Source: Babesia bigemina (taxonomy: Eukaryota). Taken from it: a stretch of 64,000 nt of DNA. The stretch spans positions 1,550,001-1,614,000 of the forward strand of contig NC_027218.1 in the NCBI RefSeq assembly GCF_000981445.1, written 5' to 3'. Position numbers and translations under genes: made by a program. Positions 44,587 to 56,112 of this stretch are shown here, piece by piece. Each line of letters opens with the position of its first letter. Positions within the stretch are counted from its first letter, which is position 1. The notes below the pieces were generated by a model. The model had not been told where the DNA came from. It saw nothing but the letters and a program-made list of their open reading frames with translations, and made no database searches.

Positions 44587-46482
44587 ATGGCCCAGTCGAA
44601 TCAGGGCCCCGCCATCGTCGTGATCCAGAATGGGATGGCTAGCAAAAAGAGCTGGAAGGAATGGTACGGGTCGTCCTGGATCCGGTACATGGCCTTCGCA
44701 TCCGTTGCGATGTGCATGTACCTGCCGGACCAGGTCACCACGGTGGCTTCGAAGCACCTCACCGTCGCCCTGAACATCCCGTCGGCGAACACCGGAGTGT
44801 ACTGCACGAAGCTCTACGCCACGAAGACGCTCGTCAACTTCATCGGTTCTTTGATCACGGTGGGGGTGCAAATGCTGTTCACCAAGCACATCACCACCAT
44901 TAGCTGCATCAGCATGGTGTTGATGGGCATTACCAGGATCGCTCTGGTTGTTTCGTTCTTCCTGCCCAACGCTGCGGTGGGATTCTACATCACGTTCATC
45001 GTGCACTCGTTCGTCAGGGGGTCGTTCGAAAGCACGTTCTACCCCCTCGGCGCTGACGACATGAGCACCATCTCCCTCTCCTTCAAGGGGTCGAAGGTGG
45101 CGTTGTGGGCGATCCAGGTGCTCATGGACGTCATCATCGCCGAGCAGGCCACGTGGATGATCGCGAGCCACTTGGTCATCATGCTGCTGATAACGTTATT
45201 GGCTACTGTGGTTTGGATCGTGCACTGCAAATTCAAGGATGCGCAAAGCGAAGAGTCGAATGCAGTTGAGGAGAAGGAAGAAACAGAACAGGCTGAACAC
45301 AAAGCTCAACCTGTGGCTGAAAGTGGTCAGCCAGGAAAGGGGGCAGATGGTGGTGCATCGGAGCCTGCGGTAAGCACTAAGCCTGCAGAAACACCAAAGC
45401 CGTTGAGTACTACTAAGCCAGCGGAAACACCGAAGCCGTTGGGAAATGTGAAACCAGCGGAAACGCCGAAACCGGTTGCAGCAGATACTTCATCGGGAAC
45501 GAGTGCCGAGCTAAATGGTGCGTCGGTATCGCAAGATGCATCGCCTTCTGAACCGAAGTCATCTGATGCTAAAACTGAGGAAAAGAAGGACGAAAAGGAC
45601 GCTACGGGTGAAAAGGCGCCGTCGGCCTTCAAGGCCTTCCTGATGCGCCTGGTTGGCATGAGGCCGGTGAAACCCAAGGAGCACCAGCGGTGCCAAAACG
45701 GCTGCTGCAACCTGTCGGAGAAGCTGGTGGTCAAGCGGGACCTGACGATGTGGCAGGTGATCAGGCGGGTGATTTCGCCGTTCTTCATGTGCGTGTGCGG
45801 GTGGCCCCTGAAGAACTTTTTCATCCCCGGCCTTCTGCCGTACACGCTGGTTGACCGGAGCCTGTGCCACCCGATCAACATCGTGCGCATGTTCTTCACC
45901 TTCATCGTGACGTTCGTGATCCACTTCATGAAGGTCAACATCGAGTCGATGGGGAAGCCCTGGGGGAGGGCGCCGCGTGGCTGGCACATGGCGTGGCTCT
46001 TCTTTATCCCCACAGTGGCCTGTATGCCGTTCATCTACATCGCACTGCACTACCCGCAGGGCGTGATCTTCCAGAGGCTGCACGACAACCCGCTGAACGT
46101 CGGCATCCTCAGCGTCATGATGTCCGGCAGCACCACCATCATCGACACCATGGGCTACATCGGCATCTCGGCGTGCTCCAAGAACGACCAGGGCGAGCGC
46201 GGAAACAACTCCGTGCGGTTCATCGCGATAAACTCGTTCGTCATGCAGCTCATCGCGTCCTTCACCTATCGCATGAGCGCCGGCTACCAGATCATCAGGA
46301 GGAAGTACGTCGACGATGTCACGAACTCCGCGCCTACGGACGACATGAGCTGGATCGCCGGTCTGTGGTTCTGGATCTCGTCGACGCTGTCGCAGTCCGG
46401 CTACGACTTCGTCCACGAGTTCGACGGTAACATCAGGGAGTTTGTGAACGACAGCAGCCAAGTCGCCGCACCCGCGTCTTAG
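44587..46482 (+). CDS. Multi-pass membrane protein, equilibrative-nucleoside-transporter/Tpr-like, with large charged central loop
   Basis: About 6 hydrophobic segments, a ~170-aa E/K/P/A/S loop, then about 4-5 more TM segments. Family assigned from topology only. Confidence 0.65.
   Translation: MAQSNQGPAIVVIQNGMASKKSWKEWYGSSWIRYMAFASVAMCMYLPDQVTTVASKHLTVALNIPSANTGVYCTKLYATKTLVNFIGSLITVGVQMLFTKHITTISCISMVLMGITRIALVVSFFLPNAAVGFYITFIVHSFVRGSFESTFYPLGADDMSTISLSFKGSKVALWAIQVLMDVIIAEQATWMIASHLVIMLLITLLATVVWIVHCKFKDAQSEESNAVEEKEETEQAEHKAQPVAESGQPGKGADGGASEPAVSTKPAETPKPLSTTKPAETPKPLGNVKPAETPKPVAADTSSGTSAELNGASVSQDASPSEPKSSDAKTEEKKDEKDATGEKAPSAFKAFLMRLVGMRPVKPKEHQRCQNGCCNLSEKLVVKRDLTMWQVIRRVISPFFMCVCGWPLKNFFIPGLLPYTLVDRSLCHPINIVRMFFTFIVTFVIHFMKVNIESMGKPWGRAPRGWHMAWLFFIPTVACMPFIYIALHYPQGVIFQRLHDNPLNVGILSVMMSGSTTIIDTMGYIGISACSKNDQGERGNNSVRFIAINSFVMQLIASFTYRMSAGYQIIRRKYVDDVTNSAPTDDMSWIAGLWFWISSTLSQSGYDFVHEFDGNIREFVNDSSQVAAPAS
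45379..45474 (+). repeat. Coding tandem repeat, 3 x 36 nt (KPAETPKP(L)xxx)
   Basis: KPAETPKP units start at 45379, 45415 and 45451. Confidence 0.9.
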
Positions 46483-46793
46483 ATGTAAACTACTTGTCGT
46501 GCAATCCCCTGTACAGATCGCGCTGAGCGCCTGAAATGGCTAAGCCTTGTTTAAGTACCTGTGTGTGTCATACACACACCTAGCCCAGCTCGTCGCTGAG
46601 GCTGTGTTAACGGCGCAATAACTTCCCGCCTAATTGTCTCGAACACGTAAGGTTGCGAGCCGTCGCCGTTGCGCACCGCTGCCGGTCTGGTCGCCGCTGG
46701 GTTGGGTTGCGCCGCCGCCGGGCTGACGGTCTGAGGGGAGCCGTCTACACACCACTTTAATTCCCTGTGTAAAAGACACGTGAGCCCGATAAA

Positions 46794-47678
46794 ATGAAGG
46801 CTGTTTGCGCGTTTGCAGTGCTGTTAGCCCTGGCTGTGCCGGCGGCCGCCTGGGTTGCCGAGGACGGCGAGGAGCACGGCGCCGAGGACCACCCCGCGGG
46901 GCTCTCGCGCGAGCAGGTGGAGGCCAAGATGGGCAAGCTGTTCGGCATCATCGACGACAACAAGGATGGGCTGATCGTCACCGAGGAGCTCGAGAAGTTC
47001 AACAGCAAGAACCTCCAGAGGGTGCAGAATATGCAGCTCGAGCAGGAAATGCAGATGGTGGACAAGAACAAGGACGGCCTGATTGACTTCGAGGAGCTGA
47101 GCCTGACGTTCCCTCCGGACGCGGGCACCCCCGACGACTTCATGGAGGGGCTCAACCGCAGGTTCAACATTGCGGACAAGGACGGCGACGGGAAGCTCAC
47201 GAAGGCGGAGATGCACATCCTGCTGAACCCCGCGCACGACGAGGCGATGCTCGAGCTCGAGATCAAGGAGATCATGCTGACGCACGACAAGAACGGCGAC
47301 GGCCTGATCTCGACGGACGAGTACGCCGCGACCAAGGGCGACGACGAGAAGGAGGACGACTTCCTTGAGATCGAGTTCAAGCCGTTCGACCTGAACGGCG
47401 ACGGGCTGCTGTCGTCGCAGGAGCTGGTGCTCGCGTTCAAGGAGGAGGCCACCGAGGACGTGGAGACCAGCCTGGAGGACGTGATCGCCATCCTCGGCAC
47501 CGACCCCGTCGACTACGCCATCTGGATGAAGTACGCGCTCGAGCTGTCCACGAGCTCCGTCACCGACCACGGCGAGCTCCTGAGGTTCCCCGGCGACTAC
47601 GACCTGGACCTCTCCGACGAGACCCGGGAGCGCAAGGGCCAGGAGGGCGCGAGCGACTACCCGTCGTCCGAGCTGTGA
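46794..47678 (+). CDS. ER calcium-binding CREC/reticulocalbin-family protein (ERC-like)
   Basis: Signal peptide, multiple DxNxDG EF-hands and a C-terminal SSEL retention signal. Confidence 0.9.
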   Translation: MKAVCAFAVLLALAVPAAAWVAEDGEEHGAEDHPAGLSREQVEAKMGKLFGIIDDNKDGLIVTEELEKFNSKNLQRVQNMQLEQEMQMVDKNKDGLIDFEELSLTFPPDAGTPDDFMEGLNRRFNIADKDGDGKLTKAEMHILLNPAHDEAMLELEIKEIMLTHDKNGDGLISTDEYAATKGDDEKEDDFLEIEFKPFDLNGDGLLSSQELVLAFKEEATEDVETSLEDVIAILGTDPVDYAIWMKYALELSTSSVTDHGELLRFPGDYDLDLSDETRERKGQEGASDYPSSEL

Positions 47679-47973
47679 TGCGTGTTTCGAGCGACTAACG
47701 AACTTGTCAGTAACTCAACAACTAGCTCGTAGATAATTGTCCGACTGCACATTTGCCCTGACCCGTTTGCCGTGCCGGCCGCGGCACCGCCCGGCGGCCG
47801 CGCATACCCGCTACACAAGACGATCCAGCGACGCCAATAACGCACAAAGCACACGCCACTACCACACCATGAACCGCCTCACCCGCCAGCCTCAAAGAGC
47901 ACGCTGCGGTGAGCGGCGCCAACACCGCGCAACACAAAGCCGAAGCTGTAGTTTAGAGCTTAAGAAAAGTCGG

Positions 47974-48911
47974 TTAGTGGGCGCGCGCCAGCCTCTGCGC
48001 ACGGTCCTCGATGATCGACTTCTTGATACCGCGGTCCTTCGGGAGCGACACGTAGTTGTTGGTGCCGACGCCGATCACGAAGACGTTGGAGCTGCGGGTG
48101 GAGAAAGTGTTGCCCACCTCGTCGCGCACGTGGATCAGGTCGAAGCTGCCGGGGTGCTTCTCCTTGTGGACGATGGTGCCCACACGGCCCTGGTTGTGAC
48201 CTCCGGTGACCATGACGAGGTTGCCGACCTCGAACTTGAAGAACTCGATGACCGAGCCGGTCTCGAGGTCGATGCGCAGGGAGTCTCCGGGCTTGACATC
48301 GGGGTGGATGCAGCGGATGGTGCGCCCGTCGTGGGTCACGGCGACGCCGACCTCCTTGGGCCCGATGAAGGTCTTCTTCACCCTGCAGAGCTTGTAGGTG
48401 GCCTCCTCAGCGGTGATCTTGTGCGGGACGAAGCGGCCCTTGGTGTCGTACAAGAGGCGGAAGTGCTCGTTCGTGCGGTCCAGCGAGACCACGTCCATGA
48501 AACCGATGGGATAGGTGATGTCGGTGCGCACCTTGCCGTCGACGCGGACCACCTTCTGCATCACGATCAGCTTGACCTCGTCGTAGGTCAGGGCGTATTT
48601 CAGACGGTTCCTCAAGAGCAGCATCAGGGGCAGGCACTCCGTGGACTTGTGAGGTCCTGGCGATGGCTTCGGGGCGTAGCGACCGCTCAACTTGTCCAAA
48701 AGCCAGTGAGAAGGCGCGTTGATGCGCTTCATATGCTTCTTTATACCGCGACCCTACGCAACGTATGAGAAGCCAGCGAAAACGCACGGCACGCAAACAC
48801 ACTCGCGGACCACGCACAGCAATAAAATCGAACACGCAGCACGTAGCCGCGCGGCGGCCAAGCAAACACGGAACAACGAAAAGGTGAGCAGCTGGGGGAC
48901 GCGCCTACCAT
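47974..48911 (-). CDS. RPS4: 40S ribosomal protein S4 (eS4); ATG-only first coding exon, intron 48754-48908
   Basis: [23 protein letters not shown]...PSPGPHK...RNRLKYAL, canonical throughout. Confidence 0.97.
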
Positions 48912-49724
48912 CTTGAACTATCGGCTGGGTTAATCAAGGGACATTTGTCGGACAGACGCCAGTTCCTAATAGGCGATTACTAAGCTGAGGAATACGATGT
49001 GGATTAAACGCGGCGCAAACCCGGAGAGCGGCAACTACCCCGTCATGGGGAAGTGTTGGGCCACACAGGGAGGCACGTTGCGCGAAGCCGCGGCAGCCGA
49101 CGGCTTACAGACAATACACCACTACCAACATTTTGCGGAGTCTTACGCGTGCTAGCACGCATTTTGGTGGTGGAATTTCGCGCTCGGTGACCGATAGACG
49201 GTGAGCACGGCGGGCGCCGTATTAATGACGCTAAAGCGTACTCCTAAAGGCTGTTATGCTTCAAATATATTCGTTGTTAACTGCATTGCGGCTTTTGTGT
49301 GTTCCCGTTATAGTTTATGGCTAACGTCATGGTGATGTTGTCGGACGCCAGACGCTGATGGAGCCTGCCGCTCACATACCATCACCAACGTATGGCAGAA
49401 ACACCCTCACCGCAATCGGCAAAACGCCAGAAACGTGAAAACGAATTTGTTGGTACCAGCTGTAGCGCTATTATGACATTTCACATCGCACTGGGCATAT
49501 CGACGTCTTCCCTATATGACGGCCTCACTAACGATCACCGTTCCGTGCAAAATGATGGTGAGCACGTATCGAGTCGTTAATTGGTGTCGATATTGCGCGG
49601 TTAATCTCGTTGAAGCACCTTTATAGCGCGACGCGCTCTGTGGCGTCCTAAGACGTTAGTACGTTGGGTAGATCACAACCAGACGCCGAATCCACTAGCA
49701 AACGCATCTCTGTATTTCATAAAA

Positions 49725-50392
49725 ATGAAAAATGCGGATTCTTTCGCCTCCGACACGGAGGACTCGCCGGCCGATATCGCCAACATCCATCGCAACGTAC
49801 TAAACCCTGAACTGGAAAAAGAGGTCGAAGACGCGTTTGCGCTCTTCGACAGGGACGGCAATGGACAAATTGATTTTTTCGAGTGCCAAGCGGCGTTCAG
49901 AGCCCTCAGGCTTAATGCAAGTCGCGACGCGGTACGTGCGCACACACCGACGAGGATTCCATCCCGGATCAGGTCACAACCATGTTCGCAGAGATAAACA
50001 AGGGTCAGCATGATGCCATAACACTCGCTGATTTCAAGACGCTGGTTCTAAAGGTCATCCACAAGAGGTATACCGCCGGAGAGGCGGCGAAGATATTTGC
50101 GTTGCTAGAAGATGGTTCGGGTAAGAGGTTACGCCGCAAAGCGCAATGCCATGTAGGCAAAATCACAATGGACAGCTTAAGAGCCGTAGTAGCAGACCTT
50201 GGTAGGGGTTATCCGCTGTGGAATCTGACAGTCGCCGTAGGCAGCTCGATCGATGACGAAGATCTCGGGCTGATGATCTCCGAAGCGTCCGGCAGCAAAG
50301 ACTACGTGACCTACGAAGACTTCAGGAAGGTGCTAAAGGCAGCATGGCGGGGTGATGCGATGGATCGTATGGAAGATGCGACCCAAATGTAG
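49725..50392 (+). CDS. Centrin/calmodulin-like EF-hand protein, 4 exons (first intron 49932-49972)
   Basis: EVEDAFALFDRDGNGQIDFFE, KIFALLEDGS|GKITMDSLRAVVADL|GSSIDDEDLGLMISEA and VTYEDFRKVL. Confidence 0.82.
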
Positions 50393-51769
50393 TACAGTAT
50401 GGAAATCATGTATCGGGGAAAAGGCGCGACGGATACTAGCGCGGAAAGCGCTGCAACTCCCCAAACAGCGCGAAATGGATGGGATAGTATAACACCCAAT
50501 AAAATATGTGGCTCATCAACGGATGTAACACACATGGCACACATCGACGGATGCGCAACACATCATGGCAACAGTGGGTGTTTCCGACCTGGATACTTCA
50601 AGGAAATAAATTGAACACGTGACACGGCGATGCTCGCCCACAGTATTGTACGTGTCCATGGTTTTCTAACTGTCAGTGCTTAAGGCTACCAATCGCATAT
50701 CTGTGCGGGCTGTATGAACGACAAATTCTAGTCAACCACCCTGTTACACAGTATCGCTCTTATTTAGTCGCTGTAAACCACCGTAGAAGCCGCAAAGCGC
50801 TGACCGCGGAGGCGACCCCAGCTCGAGCGTCCTACCTCTCGGAGGATGGCGCATGAGGCATGTACGTCTCCACTCCCAAAAAAATCCCCTCGACTGGCAC
50901 CGACGGCAAAAATTGCCGTTTCGCAAAGTCGAGTGGAGTTTGTTTTTGACGCTTAGAGCCGTAAAGAAAACGGGAGCCGTATTCCGACGACGGCCGACTC
51001 GTGGCGCGATACGGATGCGACCGTTTCCAGGCCAAACCGGAGAAAGGATCACCAAAACGCTTATATTTAATTTCACTAAACATAGGACAAGCGGACAATC
51101 GAGCGGAGTAGACCAAGGAGCTCTGCACCTAGATGCAACGTCGCGCGAAGCACTGTCAAGGGCACATGCTAGGAGAGGCGGCGGTCACAAGTCGCTGGAG
51201 GCTCGCACACTTACGCGGATTCTGCAAAAACTGCAGAGGGGGCAGACTTGTTGCTGCCCGTTAGGGACCTTTTCAACCTAGTGCGGAACTGCACTGGCTC
51301 CCGCAGGCCGAGCGCAGCGAAGGCTGCCAACACGCTCGGATGCGCGATAGGAGGTAATCGCATTGTCGGCTTTATGCAACAAAAGATCAAGCCATTGTAA
51401 ACCTGAAGAGGTAGGTACTTACTCGGTGAGCGATGTGTAGCCCAAAGGCCGCTGTCAGGAGTGCCTCGGTCGGAGCCGGCTTTGGCGCTTCGTGATCACC
51501 AGGCGTGTCAACGCGCGCTTGTATTAGCGTGCCTATGCCATGCCTGGGTGAATATTCTGTTTTTAAGCCAGCGATGTTTTCGCCTGCCTGTGTGTCAGGC
51601 GTTTGCCCATGTAGGGGGTCTACCACTCCTTTTGAGGGCGGTATTTGCCTCCGCCAGGAGGCGGCGATGCCGATGCTTTCATGGTTGCAGCATATCCGGT
51701 GTTGTTTGGCTTCGAATGTTTTGTTTTTATTCTTGTTTTTAATGAATTTGCAGGTATTGTTTTGTAGAA

Positions 51770-53191
51770 ATGCAGCAGAACACGGCGACCGCGGGCTGCA
51801 AGGCGCAGCTCAAGGAGCCCTGTTACTCCACCCAGCGACGAGATGCGTCCAGCAGAACGTCGACGTTAGACAGCGAGTCCTACTTCTACGATTCTTGTCC
51901 TGGAGGCGACATGTACCCTTCGGGTATGAAGAGGATCCGCAGGCTGTCCGCAGGAAGCAAGTTGTCTGCCTACTATTACATAGGTTCTGAGCTACGCGTT
52001 TGCGCTGATTGCAACAAAAAGAGCACGTCGAGGCCCGTGCTGAGGGACATCATCGACCGGAGAACCGGAGAACCCAAGGTGCTTAAAATCATATCCAAGT
52101 CGAGGCTGCCGCCTGGACCGGATGGACTCGTCAATTGGAGGATGTTGTGCGAGAAGCTGCTCAACTTCGAGCCGTGCGCGAACATCATGCGCGTTGAGCA
52201 GGTGTGGGAGTCCGAAACCAGTTTCTATGTGGTCACGGAGAAGCTGGTGGGGGGTGAGCTCTTCGAGTTCCTCCTGAAGGAGAAAGTCATTCCCGAAGAT
52301 ATTTGCAAGTACATCATGAAGCAGATCATCCAGGCTGTGGAGCTGCTGCATAATAGGAATATGCTGCACCGCGACATAAAGCCGGAGAACATCATGTTCC
52401 GCAACCCGACCAACTCCGCACTCCCCGTGCCGGAGCGGTACGAGCTGGTTCTCATCGACTTCGATACCTGCAAAATGATGGACAACGCGAACTCAGAAAA
52501 CATCGAGATCGTCAACGGGAAGAGGAGGCTCGTTGGTACCTACGGCTACCTCGCGCCGGAGATCCTGAGGGGGGAGGAGTACTCCACCGCCTCGGACATG
52601 TGGTCCATCGGCATTGTACTATACATCCTCATGACGGGAGTGCCACCGGTGTCCATGGAGAAAATGTACGACGCGAAATCGAGTCACGCCGTGCTCACGG
52701 CTGCGGAAACGAACGGAATTGATTTTAACATGCCACCGCTCATCGAGTTCCCGCTGGCCAGGGACCTGTGCCGCAGGCTCCTGAGCTTCGACAGGAACAA
52801 GCGCATCGCAAGCGCCACCGACGCCCTCGCGCATCCGTGGCTCGTGGGTCTAACCAGCATCTTCGACAGGAGACTCAAGATAAAGAACTACTCCATGGGC
52901 GGCAACTCGCAGGACCGGCGTCACGGTCCTGCTGACAGCGCGCCAGGCGGCCACATCCGCGCGCTCTTCGGCAAGAGCTCGGCCAAGGGCGGCAACCATG
53001 AAACTAGCAGCTCCAGTACCAAGGCGGAGGGCACACGCAAGATGCCCCTGCTCGAGTGCGACACTGCCGCCGAATCACCCAGAAGCAAGAAGCGTGCCTG
53101 CATGGTGAGGCAATCGCCGCAACGGCAGTGCCGAGGCTCTCCGCGACAGGATCACATAATCAGCCCCTCCGCAGCCGTAATTCTGTGCTAA
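51770..53191 (+). CDS. CAMK-group Ser/Thr protein kinase with DFD motif
   Basis: VLKII, GGELFEFL, HRDIKPENIMF, LIDFDT, GTYGYLAPE, DMWSIGIVLY and ALAHPW. Confidence 0.92.
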   Translation: MQQNTATAGCKAQLKEPCYSTQRRDASSRTSTLDSESYFYDSCPGGDMYPSGMKRIRRLSAGSKLSAYYYIGSELRVCADCNKKSTSRPVLRDIIDRRTGEPKVLKIISKSRLPPGPDGLVNWRMLCEKLLNFEPCANIMRVEQVWESETSFYVVTEKLVGGELFEFLLKEKVIPEDICKYIMKQIIQAVELLHNRNMLHRDIKPENIMFRNPTNSALPVPERYELVLIDFDTCKMMDNANSENIEIVNGKRRLVGTYGYLAPEILRGEEYSTASDMWSIGIVLYILMTGVPPVSMEKMYDAKSSHAVLTAAETNGIDFNMPPLIEFPLARDLCRRLLSFDRNKRIASATDALAHPWLVGLTSIFDRRLKIKNYSMGGNSQDRRHGPADSAPGGHIRALFGKSSAKGGNHETSSSSTKAEGTRKMPLLECDTAAESPRSKKRACMVRQSPQRQCRGSPRQDHIISPSAAVILC

Positions 53192-53523
53192 CAGATCAAA
53201 CTAATGCAGCTGTACAGTGTCGCAGTGAAAAGCACTGTAATACAAAAACATCCATCAATAAAACGCAGTTGTTTTTTCTTTTGAAATGATACATGTGTAT
53301 AGCGGCGTTGTATGGCGAAATAAGCAGTTATTCCACAAACACAGGCGCGGCTTTACGCTACCCCTGCTGACCGGCTTGATAAACCGCTCGACTTGACGGA
53401 CCACCAAACGCGACCGGCAACATAAACCTGTACATCAGCCAGGCCCCAAACCGCAAGATGAAGCAATATGCAATATTGACTAAAATGTGCTAGAGATTCA
53501 TTAAAAGAATTAACAGGATGTTT

Positions 53524-53539
53524 GGTTTCAAGTGAAACC
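53524..53539 (-). other. Histone-mRNA-like 3' stem-loop (6-bp stem, 4-nt loop)
   Basis: GGTTTC-ACTT-GAAACC followed by AAAACA, about 64 nt downstream of the H4 stop on the sense strand. Confidence 0.45.
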
Positions 53540-53603
53540 TAATTTTGAGCGAGTTGATGAATTGAGAGATCTTCTTGTTTACTTCAAACGGTTAACATCG
53601 AGT

Positions 53604-53993
<390 letters not shown>

Positions 53994-54244
53994 CTACGCC
54001 CGACGCGAGCCCAACTGGGGATGTGCAGAAATTCCGCGTCCCCCACAGCCGCAAACGCCTACGCGACGCCTCGACGCGGGCGGTGCAGCTAGCGGTTCGG
54101 ACCGAGCGGTACCCTTTCCGACGGTGTCTAGGCCCATAAATATATGCACACCGTGTTCCCGGCACATCGGCGAAGTTCCGGCTGAAAACCGTGCTGTCTA
54201 CTCTACGTTTACCGAAAAATAAAACTGCGTGTTTATATGGCTGT

Positions 54245-55450
54245 TTATATGGTCTCCAGAAGTGGCTCGAATTCCGGGTGTTGCCACAGCCGACCCACCA
54301 TGATGCCGTCGACGTTAGGCTGACGGGTGTACAGGCTGGCGTTGGAGCGGTCGACGGACCCGCCGTAAATGAAGCGGGACCGCGTTACGTTGCACTTTGC
54401 CATGCTTTTAATGCTCGTGATGGTTTCGTTGACTTCCTCGGGCGCGGCGGGGCGATCGGTGCCGACGCAGCCGCCCGGCTCGTACGCTATCACCAACCGG
54501 TCGTCGGAATCCGTTATGCCCGTGCATATGTCCTGTGAATTATTAAGTGTAACTGCTTTGTGGCTTGCCTCTAGCTGCTGGATGACGTAGTTGGTGTCGC
54601 GGCCGCCGGACTCCCCTGAGCAGCATTAGCGCTGTTTGCTCCACTGCGATGCTTACCGATACATACTATCACCTTCAAGCCGGCGGCTAGTGCGGCCTTC
54701 AGCTTGCGGTTGATGAGCTCTCTCCTCTCGTCCTGTGGCAAGTTCGCGACTCTTACACATGTGACCTACGATCCCGAGGGGTCCGCCGCCACGGCGTTCG
54801 GAGTGCCCAATTATAGTCCATTCTATGTCCATGTCCTGTTGTTGATGAGCAATGTGGGCGTTGGCAGCGACCACCTACCTTTAGAAGGCCGGCCGTCACT
54901 TCACCGGTGAACGGTCCTGCCGCCGAGGACGCTGCACTCACGTCCTGGCTGCAAACGACGCACGAAGAGCCGGCAGATTTGTACTCCGCTACCATCTCGC
55001 GCAGGAATACGGGGCATGGCGCCGTCAACAGCTACACCCAGTCATTCCGCCAATAGGCACCTACACATACCTGCACATTAGAGGGGACGCGAAGGTTGGC
55101 GAAACGCCGGATGTGGTCCGGCGCCGTAGAAGCTGTAGGGTAGCATTTCCAGTTGCATACGACCAGGGTGGAAGGAGCGCCTTCCGGCGACGTTGCGGCG
55201 GGGCCGCTCCGATGTGCGGAAAAACGGGCCGGTCGGGACGCGCTATTCAACCTTGATGGCGCGGCTCCGCCATTCTAAGCGGGTGTTAGAGTGAACAGTC
55301 AGGTCTAACCGAAAGGAAGGACGCGCTACGACGTAGGCAAGCATTAGCAGCAGTCATGGACGACACCACGCTACATCCAGACAAGCAGAAAATTAACACC
55401 AGCGAGAGTACGTGTCCGATGCGGAGCGGCGAGCTCCTCCAACAAACCAT
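54245..55450 (-). CDS. TPI: Divergent triosephosphate isomerase with bipartite (apicoplast-type) leader; 6-7 exons
   Basis: Spliced product contains VVCNWK, SQDVS, GPFTGEVT, IIGHSERR, VCIGE, VIAYEP, IYGGSV and NVDGIMVG. The leader is MVCWRSSPLRIGHVLSLVLIFCLSGC plus an S/R/A-rich stretch. Confidence 0.88.
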
Positions 55451-55492
55451 GCCAGATTTCAGCGATAAATGAACGGAGTTGGCAGCCTCGAG

Positions 55493-56112
55493 TCACTCCG
55501 ACAGCACCCTACGTACACATCACCACAAAAGGCGGGGAAAACCTACATGTCTATGAAATTCGAAATCGATATCTGGTCGCCGTTGCCGCCGGAGCAGTAA
55601 ACGTTCAAGCAGGCGTCTATTTCGGCGGGGTCAACCAGGAGGCGGCGGCCTGAAGCACATGAGAGCCCAGATGGTCGCAACAGCTACTCACCCAGCTTGT
55701 ATAGCAGCGACTCGAGGTCCTTGCGACTGACCTTCTCCTGCTTGGGGAAGTGCGCTTGGAGGGACTGCGCGAGCCGCTGGCGGATGACGCCGTCGGTGTA
55801 GACCGACGTGGCGAGCGCATACAGGTCCTCCAAAATGAAGCCGCCGCGAATGTCCTCCTCTACACATCGCCCATTAGCGCACTTAGCTGGCGTAAACGTA
55901 CCCATCTGGAGATAAGACAGCTCGTTACGGGTCAGCGATATGCCGATCGAGGAGAGCAGCGACTTCAGTTCCAGGAACGTCAGACTGCCCTTGCGGCGGC
56001 TGTCGAAGAGCCGAAACGCGTACTCGAGCTCTTGGCGCTGAGTGTGTGTCACAGTTGAGGTGGTGGCGGCGCCTACCCTGGCTTTGGAGAGCGCGGCGGC
56101 CGGGGCGCTCAT
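55493..56112 (-). CDS. Calmodulin/centrin-like EF-hand protein, 3-4 exons
   Basis: QELEYAFRLFDSRRKGSLTFLELKSLLSSIG, and later exons EIDACLNVYCSGGNGDQISISNFIDM. The last exon is uncertain. Confidence 0.75.

Noticed and set aside
46561..46579. GTGTGTGT-cat-ACACACAC inverted repeat
   Set aside because: Low-complexity dinucleotide palindrome that is expected by chance.
49392..49810. Short ORF or possible spliced ORF upstream of the centrin-like gene
   Set aside because: The splice path is out of frame with the centrin-like CDS and no homology is recognisable. It could be a uORF but is unsupported.
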